Assembly (NCBI RefSeq): GCF_006345805.1 | Contig: NC_042998.1 | Span: 165,912,001-165,976,000 of the forward strand | Length of the DNA stretch: 64,000 nt | DNA from: Octopus sinensis | Taxonomy: Eukaryota | Reading direction: 5' to 3' | Part shown: positions 1-12,860 of the stretch, one piece after another | Layout: every line of letters begins with the position of its first letter | Numbering within the stretch: position 1 is the first letter of the stretch | Position numbers and translations under genes: made by a program | Notes under the pieces: generated by a model | Seen by the model: the letters and a program-made list of their open reading frames with translations, nothing else | Databases searched by the model: none | What the model was told of the DNA's origin: nothing

Positions 1-274
1 AATAGTTGAAAGAAACACAGAGCATCTCAAAATAAATACAGTAATGAAAGGGTTAGAATCATGAGTAGGTTCAGGCAGGTTAGTATGAAAAGAGTTAAAT
101 GAAGACAACTAATTCTCAAACAAATCTTAAGAGAGAAAGCATGTTATTGATGAGGTCCTGAATAGTGACAAAAGGACTTTACAAACAAATAACTGATGGA
201 TTGTTTAACTAGCACATTAAACAAACAATTGATTACTTAGTTTGTTAGACATTTAACTAATTGAGTAACAATAG

Positions 275-496
275 CTCTTTAGCATTCAAACTGGCCATAT
301 CTGGCCCAAATTTTCTACCTGTTTCATGATCAAACTGGCTAGATCCAGCCTCTCGCACCTACCCTGCAATGTCATTCTAAAAATAAGCAATCACATCACT
401 GATATACTGAAGTTATGAGACAATGCATGATTAATTTAAAACAATGTGAAGAAATAAGCATTACATTTGATGGAGTAATTTGAATGCTGAAGGGAT
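275..496 (-). mobile_element. TTAA-type MITE copy (piggyBac-like non-autonomous family)
   Basis: Reverse-complement match to the about 220-bp element at 21201/45651; terminal repeats decayed. Confidence 0.7.
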
Positions 497-1352
497 AAAG
501 AAGTGATAGTGAACCAGTGCATGTGTTTATTATTATCTGCATAATGACCCTCCCAACAAGACACAACAAGATTTGTTTCAACACATGAACTCACACCAAA
601 AACCTTGTAAACTAATTACAAAAACAAAGTGAAAATAACAGGTTAACAATGGATCATTTGCCAATTCAAATTGCTGTTAATGTTTCTGGCATTAATTTTA
701 CCACCTGTGGTTCCTCTTTAGGACTAGGTGGACCTGGCAATTTTAAGTTGTTGCTGTTTAACCCCAGATCTTCCAGAAGAGATTATCCTGTGTTTTTCAG
801 CAGTAACTAAAACTACATTATCTAACATGTCTTTACTGGCTTTTAAGATGATAGTGTGTAATTTGAAGGAGATTTGGCTGCTGTTTTGGGGTGGTTGAAT
901 GATCTATGATGAGTCTCAATCTTTAGTTCAGACTTTTCTTGGTGAGGGGACACTAAGTACAAGCTGCTGACATCTTTGCTGGTTGCCTGGTATCCTATCT
1001 GCTTAGCCACATCTACTCTCTCTTTCTCTTTCTCCCTCTCTCTCTCCCTATCTATCTCTCCCCCTCTCTCCCATACATACATACATACATAGTGTGCATG
1101 CCTGAACTTGAGTTCTCAAGGAGAACAAAGCTAGAAGAAAAAGATGTACATAGTTTGAAAAATACATGAAAGTAAAGAGGTTGTGTATATTGTCTGAAGA
1201 GAAATAAAGGGGAAACAAAATCCAGTTAAACATAAGAGAACATGTAAAATAGAAAGGATTTTTTCAAAAAAGATGCACAGACAAAGAAGTCCAGGAGTGA
1301 AAGTTGCAGTCATGACAACAGTAATGGAATCCAAGGGTGGCTGAGAGGAGCA

Positions 1353-1398
<46 letters not shown>

Positions 1399-1519
1399 TT
1401 TATCTTGTTTCAGTGAATGGATTGCAGCCAAGTTGGAACACTGCACATGCACACACACACACACACACACACACGTGCCAAGCTTCCACACCACATTTTC
1501 TATGCAAAAATTTGTTTGC

Positions 1520-1715
1520 CTCTCATCACTGCTTGACAACTGGTGTTGGTATATTTACATCCTTATAACTTTGTGGTCCAGCAAAAGTTACCAATACAAT
1601 AAGCACCAGTCTTTAAAGAAAAAAATAAGTACTGGGGTCAATTCATTTGACTAAAATTCTTCAAGACTGTGCCCCAGCATGGTCACAGTTTAATTACTAA
1701 AATAAGTAAAAAAAA
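1520..1715 (+). mobile_element. 3' half of a tRNA-derived SINE (family 1), diverged
   Basis: ttgcttgacaactggtgttgg...aataagtactggggtc...ccagcatgg matches the full copy at 1756. Confidence 0.75.
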
Positions 1716-1755
1716 AAAATTATACATGTATGTATGTAAAAATATATGTACATAT

Positions 1756-2147
1756 AGGCGCAGGAGTGGCTGTGTGGTAAGTAGCTTGCTAACCAACCAC
1801 ATGGTTCCGGGTTCAGTCCCACTGCGTGGCACCTTGGGCAAGTGTCTTCTGCTATAGCCCCGGGCCGACCAATGCCTGGATTTGGTAGACAGAAACTGAA
1901 AGAAGCCTGTCGTATATATGTATATGTATGTGTGTTTGTGTGTCTGTGTTTGTCCCCCTAGCATTGCTTGACAACCGATGCTGGTGTGTTTACGTCCGTG
2001 TCACTTAGCGGTTCAGCAAAAGAGACCGATAGAATAAGTACTGGGCTTACAAAGAATAAGTCCCGGGGTCGATTTGCTCGACTAAAGGCGGTGCTCCAGC
2101 ATGGCCGCAGTCAAATGACTGAAACAAGTAAAAGAGTAAAAGAGTAA
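1756..2147 (+). mobile_element. Full-length tRNA-derived SINE, family 1 (young copy)
   Basis: A-box TGGCTGTGTGG, B-box GGTTCAGTCCC, CORE-like ccttgggcaagtgtctt, internal (TA/TG)n, tandem aaaagagt tail; nearly identical to the copies at 3374 and 61454. Confidence 0.92.
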
Positions 2148-2339
2148 TATATATATAAGACATCATAAAGAAGAATTGGGAATTATACATCTTCAAAACT
2201 CATTTATTACAGTATTATTCTCATTAAATTTCAATTTGATGTGTGTTTTTGCTGGATAAGTGTTCTAGCGTCCTTTGATGTAGAATTTTTGTGCATTTAG
2301 TTGATTCATCTAAGGTAGACATTCCTTGCAATTTTGTTC

Positions 2340-2460
2340 AAGTACTGTTACACCAATCATTGGGTATGACTCCCTCATGTACAACCTGATTAATTATATA
2401 GATGACTAGGCTATATCCTACTCCACCAAATATTTTAAGTATCTCATTTGGGTGAGTGAA
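2340..2460 (-). mobile_element. RTE-clade LINE reverse transcriptase fragment
   Basis: EILKIFGGVGYSLVIYIINQVVHEGVIPNDWCNS matches the RT segment at about 5200-5290. Confidence 0.75.
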
Positions 2461-3061
2461 CTGAACTGAAAATTCAAGTATCAGATAGTCCTTCTTAAAG
2501 TATATTCCAGGTGAAGGGTCATAAAACACCAGGGTACAGGACAGAATAGTTTGCATTGAAATATGATATAACTATATTACTTGTTAAAGTTATCTCTATA
2601 GATATTCTATAGAAATCAGTGCTGGCTATAATTTCTATAGAATATCTGTAGAGATAACCCTAACAAGTAATGTAAAACACACAGCTAACACAGTAGAAGG
2701 CAGTATTGACTTATAAAAACGTTTAATATACTTTATAGTATATCATGGTTGCCTAACAAAATACCATGTACCTACAAGTCATGATATAACTATAGTTCTG
2801 GTATCACTTAAACTTAGAACCACCTTTTTAGATATTAAGGGAACAGATTACTTTTTATGCTTAGTTGTAGAAAAAACCTCAATTAGGTCAGGATCCATTC
2901 ACATCACTGACCACTTATAATGAGTATAATATGATGCCATTTAAGATAAATGGACAAATCTAAAAGGAATTGAAAGGAAGAGGAAATAGATATTGTTTCA
3001 ATTTGGGTAATCAGACCAGTCCATAGCAATAAAGTTTTATATTTTTTTAATATTAGAAGTA

Positions 3062-4743
3062 TAGGTATTCCATAAAGACCGCCGAATTTGAATTGAGCAA
3101 CAATTTTGCGTTTTGAAGGCTTAAGAAATGCTTTTATCATGTTTCCTATCTCTCTTCACTCCAATTAATAGTTTTTTGTTTGCTTTTCAGAATAGAGTAC
3201 AGTGTGTCATGGAGCAGTTTACAACTGAGCAATACGTTCTCATTGTGAAGACATTTTACCAAAACAGAGAAAGTACAACACAAACAGCTCAAACACTTTG
3301 TAACATATTGGGGGAGAAATGAAGCACCAAACAAGTCTACAGTTTGCAGACTAATGATGAAGTTTAAAATAATAGGCGCAGGAGTGGCTGTGTGGTAAGT
3401 AGCTTGTCTACCAGCCACATGGTTCCGGGTTCAGTCCCACTGCGTGGCACCTTGGGAAAGTGTTTTCTACTATAGCCTCGGGCTGACCAAAGCCTTGTGA
3501 GCGGATTTGGTAGACGGAAACTGAAAGAAGCCTGTCGTATATATGTATATATATATTATATGTGTGTGTGTTTGTCCCCTAGCATTGCTTGACAACCGAT
3601 GCTGGTGTGTTTATGTCCCCGTTACTTAGCGGTTCGGCAAAAGAGACCGATAGAATAAGTACCGGGCTTACAAAAGAATAAGTCCCGGGGTCGATTTGCT
3701 CGATTAAAGGTGGTGCTCCAGCATGGCCGCAGTCAAATGACTGAAACAAGTAAAAGAGTAAAAGAGTAAAGAGTTGCAATGGCCAAATCACCTGGGTGGA
3801 ATTGTTCTCATCGGACAGAGCAACAAATTGCTGTTGTGTGAGACAGTGTCATTCTGAGTCCAGGAAAATCAATTTGCTGATGTTCGCAACAGTTGTGCAT
3901 TGCAACCACTTCATTACATCGAATTTTTCATAAAGATCTCCATATGCAGGCATACAAAATTCAACTTACACAGCATCTTCAGCCACCTGACCACAGGAGG
4001 TGGAGGAAATTTGCTGACTGGGTTGTAGAGAGACTTGCAGCTGACGAAAATTTTGCAAAGAAAATCCTCTTCAGTGATGAGGCCTACTTCCACTTGAGTG
4101 GTTTGTTAATAAACAAAACTGCCAGATTTAGGGAAATGAAAATCCTCAAATAATGCAAGAGCGGGAAATGTATCCACTGAAAGTGGCTGTGTGATGTGGT
4201 TTTTGGGGAGGCAGAGTGCTTGGACTGTTCTTCTTTGAAAATGATGAGGGGTATGCAGTTACTATTAATAGAGAACATTACCGAGATATGATATCCACTC
4301 AATTATGGCTGAACTTGGAAGATACAGAGATTGCCAAACGCTTGCATTACTCCATGAAAAATTTCTGCAACAAGTGATATCTTTGCATGGTGACCAGTAA
4401 TGGCCACCAAGGTCGTGTGATCTTACCCCTTGTGATTTCTTCTTATGGGAGTATATGAAATCACAAGTATATATCAAAAAATCCCACACAGTTCCTGAAC
4501 TCAAAGCTGAAATCAGGCATATGACTGGAGGCATCAAGCCACACATCTGAGAGAATTATCGGAAACTTCAAGGAGCATATAAATGTATACAGACTCAGTG
4601 CAGGTGGACATATGACTGACATTGTGTTCCATATCTAAACGGGAGACATACCTCATTAGAAATATGCAGAATATAACCATGTTTATAAGAATTCATTTTA
4701 ATTATTCACCTTTCAAATTTGGTGCCCTTTATGGAACACTCTG
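3062..4743 (+). mobile_element. Decayed full-length Tc1/mariner-superfamily DNA transposon interrupted by a SINE
   Basis: Imperfect TIRs (taggtattccataaagaccgccgaatttg / caaatttggtgccctttatggaacactctg) with TA flanks; transposase remnants MEQFTTEQYVLIVKTFYQN, ILFSDEAYFHLSG and WPPRSCDLTPCDFFLW with stops and frameshifts. Confidence 0.9.
3374..3774 (+). mobile_element. Full-length family 1 SINE inserted in the transposase gene
   Basis: Same head, body and tail as 1756-2147; the transposase reading frame continues on both sides. Confidence 0.92.
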
Positions 4744-4751
4744 TATTAGTT

Positions 4752-5757
4752 AAGATAAAAGAAACAGGCCTGGAAGCACTGGAAGTGTGGGGGTAGCAGG
4801 GAATTGTATCGGATTACCAGAAGGGAAGCTAGGAGACAGGTATATTTAGCCAGGGAAGTTGCAGAAAAGAAGTTTGCCAATGTTCTGCAATGTGCGGACC
4901 AGAGACTTGAAGTGTTTCGGATTGCAAGACAATGCATGAGAGAAAATTGTGATGTCATAGGAGAACAATGTGCCTGCATGGATGATGGTTCATTTGCATT
5001 TAATGATTCTGCAAAGAAAGAGGCTCAGAGGTGCCATTATGAAAGGCTGCTAATGTGGAGAATGAATAGGACAAGGAGAGTGCCAAATGTTGACCCTTCT
5101 GAGGAACTAGCTATCCAAATTGACAGTACCTTGATAGATAAAGCAATTAAGGTATATGAAGATAGGAAAAGCCCCTGGCCCATTAGGAATCACCACTAAG
5201 ATGCTTAAAATATCTGGCTGAGTAGGATATAGCCTAGATACCCATGTAGTTAATCAGGTTGTACATGAGGGTATCATGCCCAACAATTGGTATAGCAGTA
5301 TTATAGTCAACTACTACAAAGGCAAAGGTGATGTCTTAGATAGAAATAATTACAGAGGCACCAAATTGCTGGACCAGGTGATGAAAGTCACAGAAAGGAT
5401 CATAGCTCAAATAATTAGGGAGAGAGTTAGTGCAGATGAGATGCAGTTCGGATTTGTGCCAAGCAGGAGCATGCCTGATGTTATATTCTTGTTATGCTAC
5501 TGCAGGAGAAATATCTAGCCAAAAATAAACCCCTGTACTTAGCTTTTGCCAACATGGAGAAAGCCTTTGACAGAGTCTCCTATTCCCTTATCTGGTGGTC
5601 AATGCAGAAACTAGGGCTAGATGAGTGGCTGGAAAGAGCTGTACAAGCTATGTACAGGGATGTTGTCAGTAAGGTGAAGATTAGCAATGAATATAGTAAT
5701 GAATTCAGGGTACAAAAAGAGATCTACCAAGGCTTAGTCCTCATCCCCCTCTTGTTC
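4752..5757 (+). mobile_element. RTE-clade LINE ORF remnant (linker plus RT domains)
   Basis: YKGKGDVLDRNNYRGTKLLDQVMKV, QFGFVP, LAFANMEKAFDRV and QGLVLIPLLF motifs split by frameshifts. Confidence 0.9.
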
Positions 5758-5966
5758 ATGGTCTAGGGTACATATCAACTACACTAGACTGGTGAATGGA
5801 GCATACTATCTAATTGTTGTTGATAGTGGTACAAAGTAGCCAGAAGTATGCAGGTGCAATAAACCATCCACAAAGACAAAAATAAAGTTCCTGTATGAAA
5901 CATTTGCCCAATATGTTGTTTCAGACACATTGGTATCAGATAATGAAATACAATTTACAGGTCATA
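5758..5966 (+). mobile_element. Gypsy/Ty3 LTR-retrotransposon integrase core fragment
   Basis: Manual translation WSRVHINYTRLVNGAYYLIVVDSGTK*PEV...FLYETFAQYVVSDTLVSDNEIQFTG resembles the rve consensus WSRIHIDFAGP...LIVVDSFSKWPEV...LVSDNGTQF. Confidence 0.8.
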
Positions 5967-5974
5967 AACTCTAA

Positions 5975-6149
5975 AATTTGAATTAATCATGTATTATCTT
6001 CAAGCTTTGAGATTTTTGATGATGTGATTGTTTTATTTTTAGAATGACATTGTAGGGTAGAGGAGAAAGCATAGATCTAGCTACGTTGAACATAAAACAG
6101 GTAGAATATTTGGTGCCTGGTGTGGCCAGTTTAAACGCTAAAGGGTTAA
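5975..6149 (+). mobile_element. TTAA-type MITE, 5'-truncated
   Basis: Ends in gctaaagggttaa; body matches 21201-21423. Confidence 0.8.
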
Positions 6150-6689
6150 AGAAGAAGGGTCATTATAAGTAGCAACACTGATAATTGATGCTGAAAGTGC
6201 CCAGCTTTTTAGTTTGACAATGGCCAACTTTCTAAGTGATTGGCAAAATTTTATTGAAATGTATTCAGCATCAGGGCCAGTGTTAGGAAGTGTGGGGCTT
6301 CCCAAAAATTTGAGAATTGTCAATAGGGCTCTCTACTTTACAAAAACTGAAGATAGATGTTTTGTGTAGTATGCTAGTCCCAGCCAAAAAGCATTGAGGG
6401 TTTGGTATGCTAAAAATTCGTCATAGCAATCTCTGTTCGAGCATATGCGTGGGGTCTTCTCTTGGTGCAAGACCCAATTTGAACAAAACTGTCTAATTGG
6501 CTTGAAACCAGTCCTGCCCAGCATGGTAAGGATAATGTAATACAGTTGAGTTGTACTCATTGCTAAAAGAGGGTCAGCTGCTCAAGGAATATACCATGTA
6601 ATATACCTGTCAGATTTTCAAGCTACAACACAGTAATCTTGATAGCATATATATAATGTACATATATGCTTGTACATTTATGCTAAATA

Positions 6690-6894
6690 GGTTTCAAATT
6701 TTGGCACAAGGCCAGCAAGTTTAGGGGAGGAGTAAGTTGATTACATCGACCCCAGTGCTCAGCTGGTACTTACTTTATCAACCCTGAAAGATAAAGTCAA
6801 CCTTGGCAGAATTTGAACTCGGAATGTCAAGACAAACAAAATACTGCTAAGCAATTTGATTGGTATGCTAATGTTTCTGCGAGCTCATCACCTT
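6690..6894 (-). mobile_element. tRNA-derived SINE, family 2
   Basis: Reverse complement of the family seen at 34091 and 61119 (gagttcaaatt B-box, tttcatcc..gggtcgataaaataagtacc central block, ccaaaatttgaaacc tail). Confidence 0.85.
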
Positions 6895-7779
6895 AAATTT
6901 ATACTAAATTAAAAGTTTCTCCACTGGTGGGATTAGAACTTTGATCAGTGAGATAACAAACTGGGGATACTGAAACATATCCAGTTCAGCATTCCGCTTC
7001 AATCTTACCATAATGAAAGTGAATGAATCAAGTATGATATGAATGAACGAATGAATGAATGCGAAAAAGAGTGTCAGAAAATTACTAAGAGTAAAAAATT
7101 GTTGAGTGAAAAGGTAGCTCTGACCAATAGGCATGCCGTTCATCACTATCCGAATTTTTTCTCGCATAGTGAATATTGAACAACTCTCCAATGTGTATTT
7201 GCATTAATAAAAGCATTACTATTATTGTTTTAGACAGTAGGGTGTAATTTGATGGAAATACGGTTGTTGTATTTAGCAAGTTGAGCGAGGATATGTGAGA
7301 ATCAAAAAAGAGAAAAAGTTAGGGACTGCTAGCGAGAGAGAGAAAGTTAAAGAGGTAAAAGCAGATCATATAGAAATCATCGATTTACCAAGAAGCACGA
7401 AAAAGAGAGAATATAAGAAAATGTATGTGTGTGTGTGGAGAAAGGGAGTGTATAAAAATGAGAGTTAGGGAGAAACATATGAGAACAATTGTTAGCAGAG
7501 GCAGAATAGATAAAACAGAGACAATGGATATAGATGTGATGTGATGTGAGACAGAGATCACAGAGATTTAGGGGCGGGGGAGTTAATAGTTACAAGATAT
7601 AGAAAAAGATAAATGACTGATAATAAGAGAGAGAGATTGGGAGATTATGATGAGTCGATTGAAAATATAATTTTAGCATCAATAATATAATTTTGAGTAA
7701 AGGTTGAATATCTAAATTTCAAAAGAACTTGATTTTACTGAAATATTGCTGCCCCCACCCACAAATAACTAAAAAAAAA

Positions 7780-8700
7780 AAACGTCAATTTTAACAGCGT
7801 TGAAATAATAGGTATGTCTTAGAATTCCTTTTTCACATGGTATCTGATAAAATGTACTGATGAAATGTACATCTCTTTATTAGATGTACATGTCTTATAT
7901 TTATTCTTGTATAAACGAAGAAAATGTCAAATCCTTCACGCCGAAAATGGCTCAGAATAATTTATTTTTCTGTCGCGTTTCTTGAGAACGTGGAGATAAA
8001 AGACGTTAGAATAAACATTTTAAATTGAGAATGAAAATATAATGTTAAAGGTAGATGAAATTCCTAACAAATAAAAAGACACCCACGATCTAAGCACTAA
8101 TTAACAATTGGGACTGAAACGAACAGGAATCAAAACATGTTAATCGCACGACAAATTCTTCCGTACGCGATTTATGTATTCCACATCTTTCGAAAGTTGG
8201 AGATATGGATTAAATTAATATTTTTACAAGGTTAAAATTTATCTAAACGTCGTAATTTTTATTAAATAAAAGGTTTTCACCTAAATCAAATGTTTATACA
8301 CAAACTGAATCGTCAAAGCCGCCATTGTAACTGTCTAACGACGAGCTTCGCCCGAAGGAATAATTATATTTTTATTATTTTATTTTTATGTTCAAACCAT
8401 TGTTTTAGCTTTTAATTTGAATTTCATGGCAATTTCTTCTGTGGAAAATAATTTTTTATTTATAAAACTATTCATGTTTTTTCTTTTATGCAGACGACAG
8501 ATATGCCTAAGCCGTGATCTGATTGGTTGCCTTCGAAAAATTGAAATACGTTATTTTTCTAAATCTTACCGATTCTGAAGCGCAGCTGTTCGGTTTGTCT
8601 TATTTGAAATTTCTAATAAGGCATCGCACGTTCATCGGTTACTACCTGGTTTAACGTGAGAAGAAAAAAAAAAGACTGTAAGTAGAGAATTTCCCCAAAA
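7780..8700. promoter_or_regulatory. Core of a CpG-retaining promoter-like island, possibly bidirectional
   Basis: Unique non-repeat sequence with many CG dinucleotides against CG-poor flanks; YY1-like GCCGCCATT (8318-8326) and AAAATGGC (about 7947); inverted CCAAT box CTGATTGG (about 8520); strong donor GTAAGT at 8678. Confidence 0.6.
8495..8677 (+). other. Candidate non-coding 5' exon of the + strand transcript, probably UBE2S
   Basis: Ends in aagact|gtaagt; acceptor-like ttttttcttttatgcag just upstream; no ATG in frame with UBE2S exon A (TGA at 8657). Start boundary is uncertain. Confidence 0.4.
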
Positions 8701-10884
8701 TTAAAATAAACACAAGAAGAAACTTAAAACATTGACTCTATTAGTAACACTACGTTCATTTTGATTCTAAATTGGGGGATCGCACTGTTATAGTAAAGTG
8801 ATGATAATTTGATCCCTGAGTTTGTGGCCCTTATCTAGATTTATTCCTGTTGTCAAATTTTCACTACTAGAAATACACAAATACAACGATTCATTGAAAC
8901 TTTGTTTAAATTGCATCGCTGTAAGAGTACTTGTTTTATTTGTATTTACTACTATCTGTTATTGATTTCACGTAGGTTCATTTATTTCTTTAAGTTCTTA
9001 ATAATGGATAGTTTCTCAAAAGTAAAGAAATCGTATCCTACTTATTATCATGGCTCCCGTTCACTACTTGGCTATCGTCTCAGTGCTTCGATTTTTTCCC
9101 CGGCTTCCCTGTTGTAGCAAACCTTTTTCTTTCACTAATTTTCATATATTCTAGCGACGTCCATTACAATTCTTTACATTTATTCAATATATATGCATAT
9201 ATATCTCATTTCAATTCTTAAAATTCAATTCGCTACTATTGTTTTAAGTATATGTGACTATAAAATGGGGGTTCACTTATTAACTAACACTTTTACAACT
9301 GGTCGATCCTTTACACAGACTTATATAATTTCACACAATCTCTTAGTATATACTGATCCATTTATAGATCGTTTCTTCCAATGGTTTGATTTATTTGTAG
9401 TTCAATTATCCCTTATTTACTCTTCTAATCCAGCTGGTAATAAGGATTTCTGCTTGCATGAAATCCGAAGCGCAAACTTAAAAGCGCTTTTTCGTTGTTA
9501 CAGATTTCATTTAATATCGTTTTCCGTTGGAAATTTAAAAATAAAACATGTTGAATTAATGTTGAATTTTTTAAAATTATTTTAATAGAAAATATACATG
9601 TAGTGGTTTAGGTTTATCTATATTATATATCCATTATTTAAATATAAATTTTTAAAAAAATTGATCCTTTGTGAGATAGCTCTCGGTTTTGTTATTGTTG
9701 GACAGCTGAACATAATAATATAGCCATCAGCTTGTCACAGTGTTTGTCCTACAAACCCTGTGTTGTATAATATTTAAAAAAAAATGATATAATTAATAAA
9801 ATGTTTTACCTGGTGTATTTAAACATTTTTTTCTTTTTATCTAATATCTACCTCAAAGCAAATTAATTAGGCTTTTTGTGTATGTAATATTTAAATAGGA
9901 AATAACTCGGATTGTTTCATTATTTGGTTAGAGGAGCTATCCGATGCAGAAAACTGCTTCATGTTCTTGTTTTATAGAATTTTACGATGTAAATTTTGAC
10001 AAGAAAATTCATTCCATATTAAAAATCAATAACATTGATCTGTTAGGATCTATTGTCTGTTCGAGCGTATGATAAGCATATTAATGGATCTGTTAAGATT
10101 TCAGTCTTGTAATTTGAATTTTCTTAAAAATATGAGTGAGTTTCGTATTTAAAAAAAAATCAGCTTCATTAAATAAGATCAATTTGTATATAGTCAATGA
10201 ATGATATTTAATTTAAACAAATTAGCAGAACGTTTTTACAATATATATATATATAGAGAGAGATATATATATTAAATATTGAGTAATTTGAACCCTTTTA
10301 AAATATAATCATTTGTTGTGAACGAAGAAATACTTTAAACAACTGATTCTCGAGACCCCCTCCTTTTTTCTGTTGTGCGCATTTGTTTGTACTTAATTAT
10401 GCAAATATGCAAAAAAAAAACTTGGTTTACTTTTGCCTCTATGGTTTATTAATACTCTGTAATTTTTTGATTTATACGGTAATAATAATAGTCACCATCA
10501 TTTTGTTTTTCTCTAATTTTCAAAACGGCATTAAAAACCAAAGTGGTTATTTCAACTAAAGTCTCTCTAATTGGATGCTTGAATCTCTACTACATACCTT
10601 TATTAATTTACATTTTGTTTATCAATAAACTACTTGCGTCAAGTTGTACCGTTCTAGCTCATGATTAAAAAAAAAAAAAACAGCAGTGTTTCAGTTTCGT
10701 ATTTACAATAGACAGTTTCATTAAAATTTTATTTTTGCGACTATCTACCTTCACTCTCTCCTACTTCAATATCTCCGATCAGAATTAAGAATTTCTGAAA
10801 TAGGAAGCAGAAACTGAGCGACCTAATTATGGTACTTATAATTACATTTCTATATATATTCTCCGATCACTTTTGGCGACCTCA

Positions 10885-11300
10885 TTATGTCATCATCATT
10901 TTACGTCCGTTTTCCACGCTTGCATGAGTTGGCCGGTCTCTTTCTGCCAGTCGAGGTTTCTAATCATCTTTGTAAGATTCAACATCCTGAGATCTGCTTT
11001 CACTACTCCTGCCCATATTTACTCCCGTTACTCCACTCATTTGCAGTCCCCTTCCTTTTCGGTCGCTAGACACTTCTTAAGTCAACTGTTATCTTCCATA
11101 CGTATATGTCCGAACCAGTACAGTCCTCACTTTTGCGTATTACATCCGATTCCCTTTATACCCAGTTTTTCTATTAGTTCATTTGTGCTCGGTCATAGAT
11201 GCACTCTAACATTAGATCCAGTGGATCAGGTTCGTTTCTTTATGTTCCAGCCTTCGCAATACCAAGCAATATCGCACCTCGTACACACGAAGAAAGAGTC
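10885..11300 (-). mobile_element. RTE LINE 3' end (C-terminal coding remnant plus (GAT)n tail)
   Basis: Minus-strand ELIEKLGIKGIG...LYWFGHIRME...VVKADLRML followed by catgcaagcgtggaaaacggacgtaaaatgatgatg. Confidence 0.75.
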
Positions 11301-11323
11301 CCTTTCTTGTCAACACACACACG

Positions 11324-11363
<40 letters not shown>

Positions 11364-12729
11364 ATATATATTATATATATATATATACATACACACTCAC
11401 ATTTATAAATATAACTATACACATAATTATCGTTAATGATTTAGCTGTCCAAATTGTAGTGTCAACCGTTTTATTTTCATTTTAGACTTAATTTTTACGT
11501 TATGATTTCCTAATATTTTAACACACAAAAGTACTGTATGTGCGCTCTATATAGCACTTGAAGCACTGAGTGTAGCTTTGAACTACATTCTTGAGCTTAG
11601 ATTGAATCCAAGGATTCTTATTAGCAACATTCTTATTCATTCGGCCTTGCAGGGGCTGAACTTTAAAAGCGATTCAAAAATGGTTGATGAATTCCATCTT
11701 ATTCTAAGCAGGTAAACGGCATCGGAATGTCTTGATTAAAACAAAATGTTGACAAATGTACAAAATACGTGATCCTATTAATATGTTGATTTCCCATACA
11801 TAATTTCTCGTTTATGTTTTGTGTATTTTCACTAAGAGGTTTTATATATTTAGCAGAGTCGAGACAATGATAGCCTATATGTTGTGAACATAAACATTGT
11901 ATACGATAATAATATAATCTCACTGCTTTTGAACAACGCTAGGAATTATTTATTTCATTGCACACTTGGATTTTCTAAAGTAGTTTTGTTGTGTGAAACA
12001 ACTACTTTTTTTTTGTTTTTTCACATTTTCGTTCGGCGGCACATAATACATTTTACATGGTTTTCTACTTGCAACATTGTAACAGTTCATCGCCATTTTA
12101 CGTCCATTTTTCTACGTTGGAAGTATGGTAGGATTGAATTAGAGCCATTTCATCAACGTAGCTTCCCAAACATGTCTAATTCCATGCCTGTGTAAGAACT
12201 ACGCCTTTGATACTCTCTTGGAACTATTTTCACTTCACTAAAATACTCCTCCGGTAACGCAAACTATATAACTTCCCTTTCTTTGCGCTCACCCTGGAAT
12301 AAAAGGCTCACGTAAAGAAAAAAATTCCATTTCAAATATTTAGCTAAATGTACATTAAAGTCCCTTTTAAATGAATGCAAACAGAGTTATTGACAAATTT
12401 GTTTTGGTACAAGACTAATTTTTGTAAAGGGATGGACTCGGTTGAATGATCTCACATTATTCGTACTCTGACCCTTTCCGGGGTTAAAAGGGCAAACTAT
12501 ATTGTGTTGAGATTTCAATGAGCACGAGTAAATATTGTTTACTCTACTAGTCCTGCCCTGACACGGTTACTCTTGTGCAAAATACTTTACACAGCTGAAA
12601 AATAGCTATCGCTACTACATTGCATTTGAAGGATTAATATTAAAAAAAAACAACTGCTTTTTATGATTTATGCAAATATTTGAATTTTCAGAACTTGCTA
12701 ATTCTTAAAATATTGAATAAATAGTTGAT

Positions 12730-12860
12730 TCTTTTACTTGTTTCAGTCATTTGACTGGAGCACCGCGTTGGAGGGTTTTTTTTAGTCGAACAAATCGACC
12801 CTACGACTTATTTCTTAAGCATAGTACTTACTCTATCGATATCTTTTTGCCAAACCGTTA
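12730..12860 (-). mobile_element. Family 1 SINE 3' fragment
   Basis: cttttacttgtttcagtcatttgactg...gtacttactctatcg is the reverse complement of the family 1 tail. Confidence 0.75.

Noticed and set aside
660-780. Minus-strand LLEDLGLNSNNLKLPGPPSPKEEPQ stretch as possible exon
   Set aside because: In-frame stop immediately upstream and no compatible acceptor.
1264-1654. ORFs rich in YI/CV/TH/RE repeats (also at 10873-11436, 38802-39168, 39776-40198, 47309-47557, 49822-50209)
   Set aside because: Translations of microsatellites.
1756-1830. tRNA-like A/B boxes in SINE heads
   Set aside because: No cloverleaf; they are SINE promoters, not tRNA genes.
6140-6590. About 150-codon frame with a single stop on the minus strand
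   Set aside because: No recognisable motif or convincing splice sites; probably an unclassified TE remnant; needs a BLASTx search.
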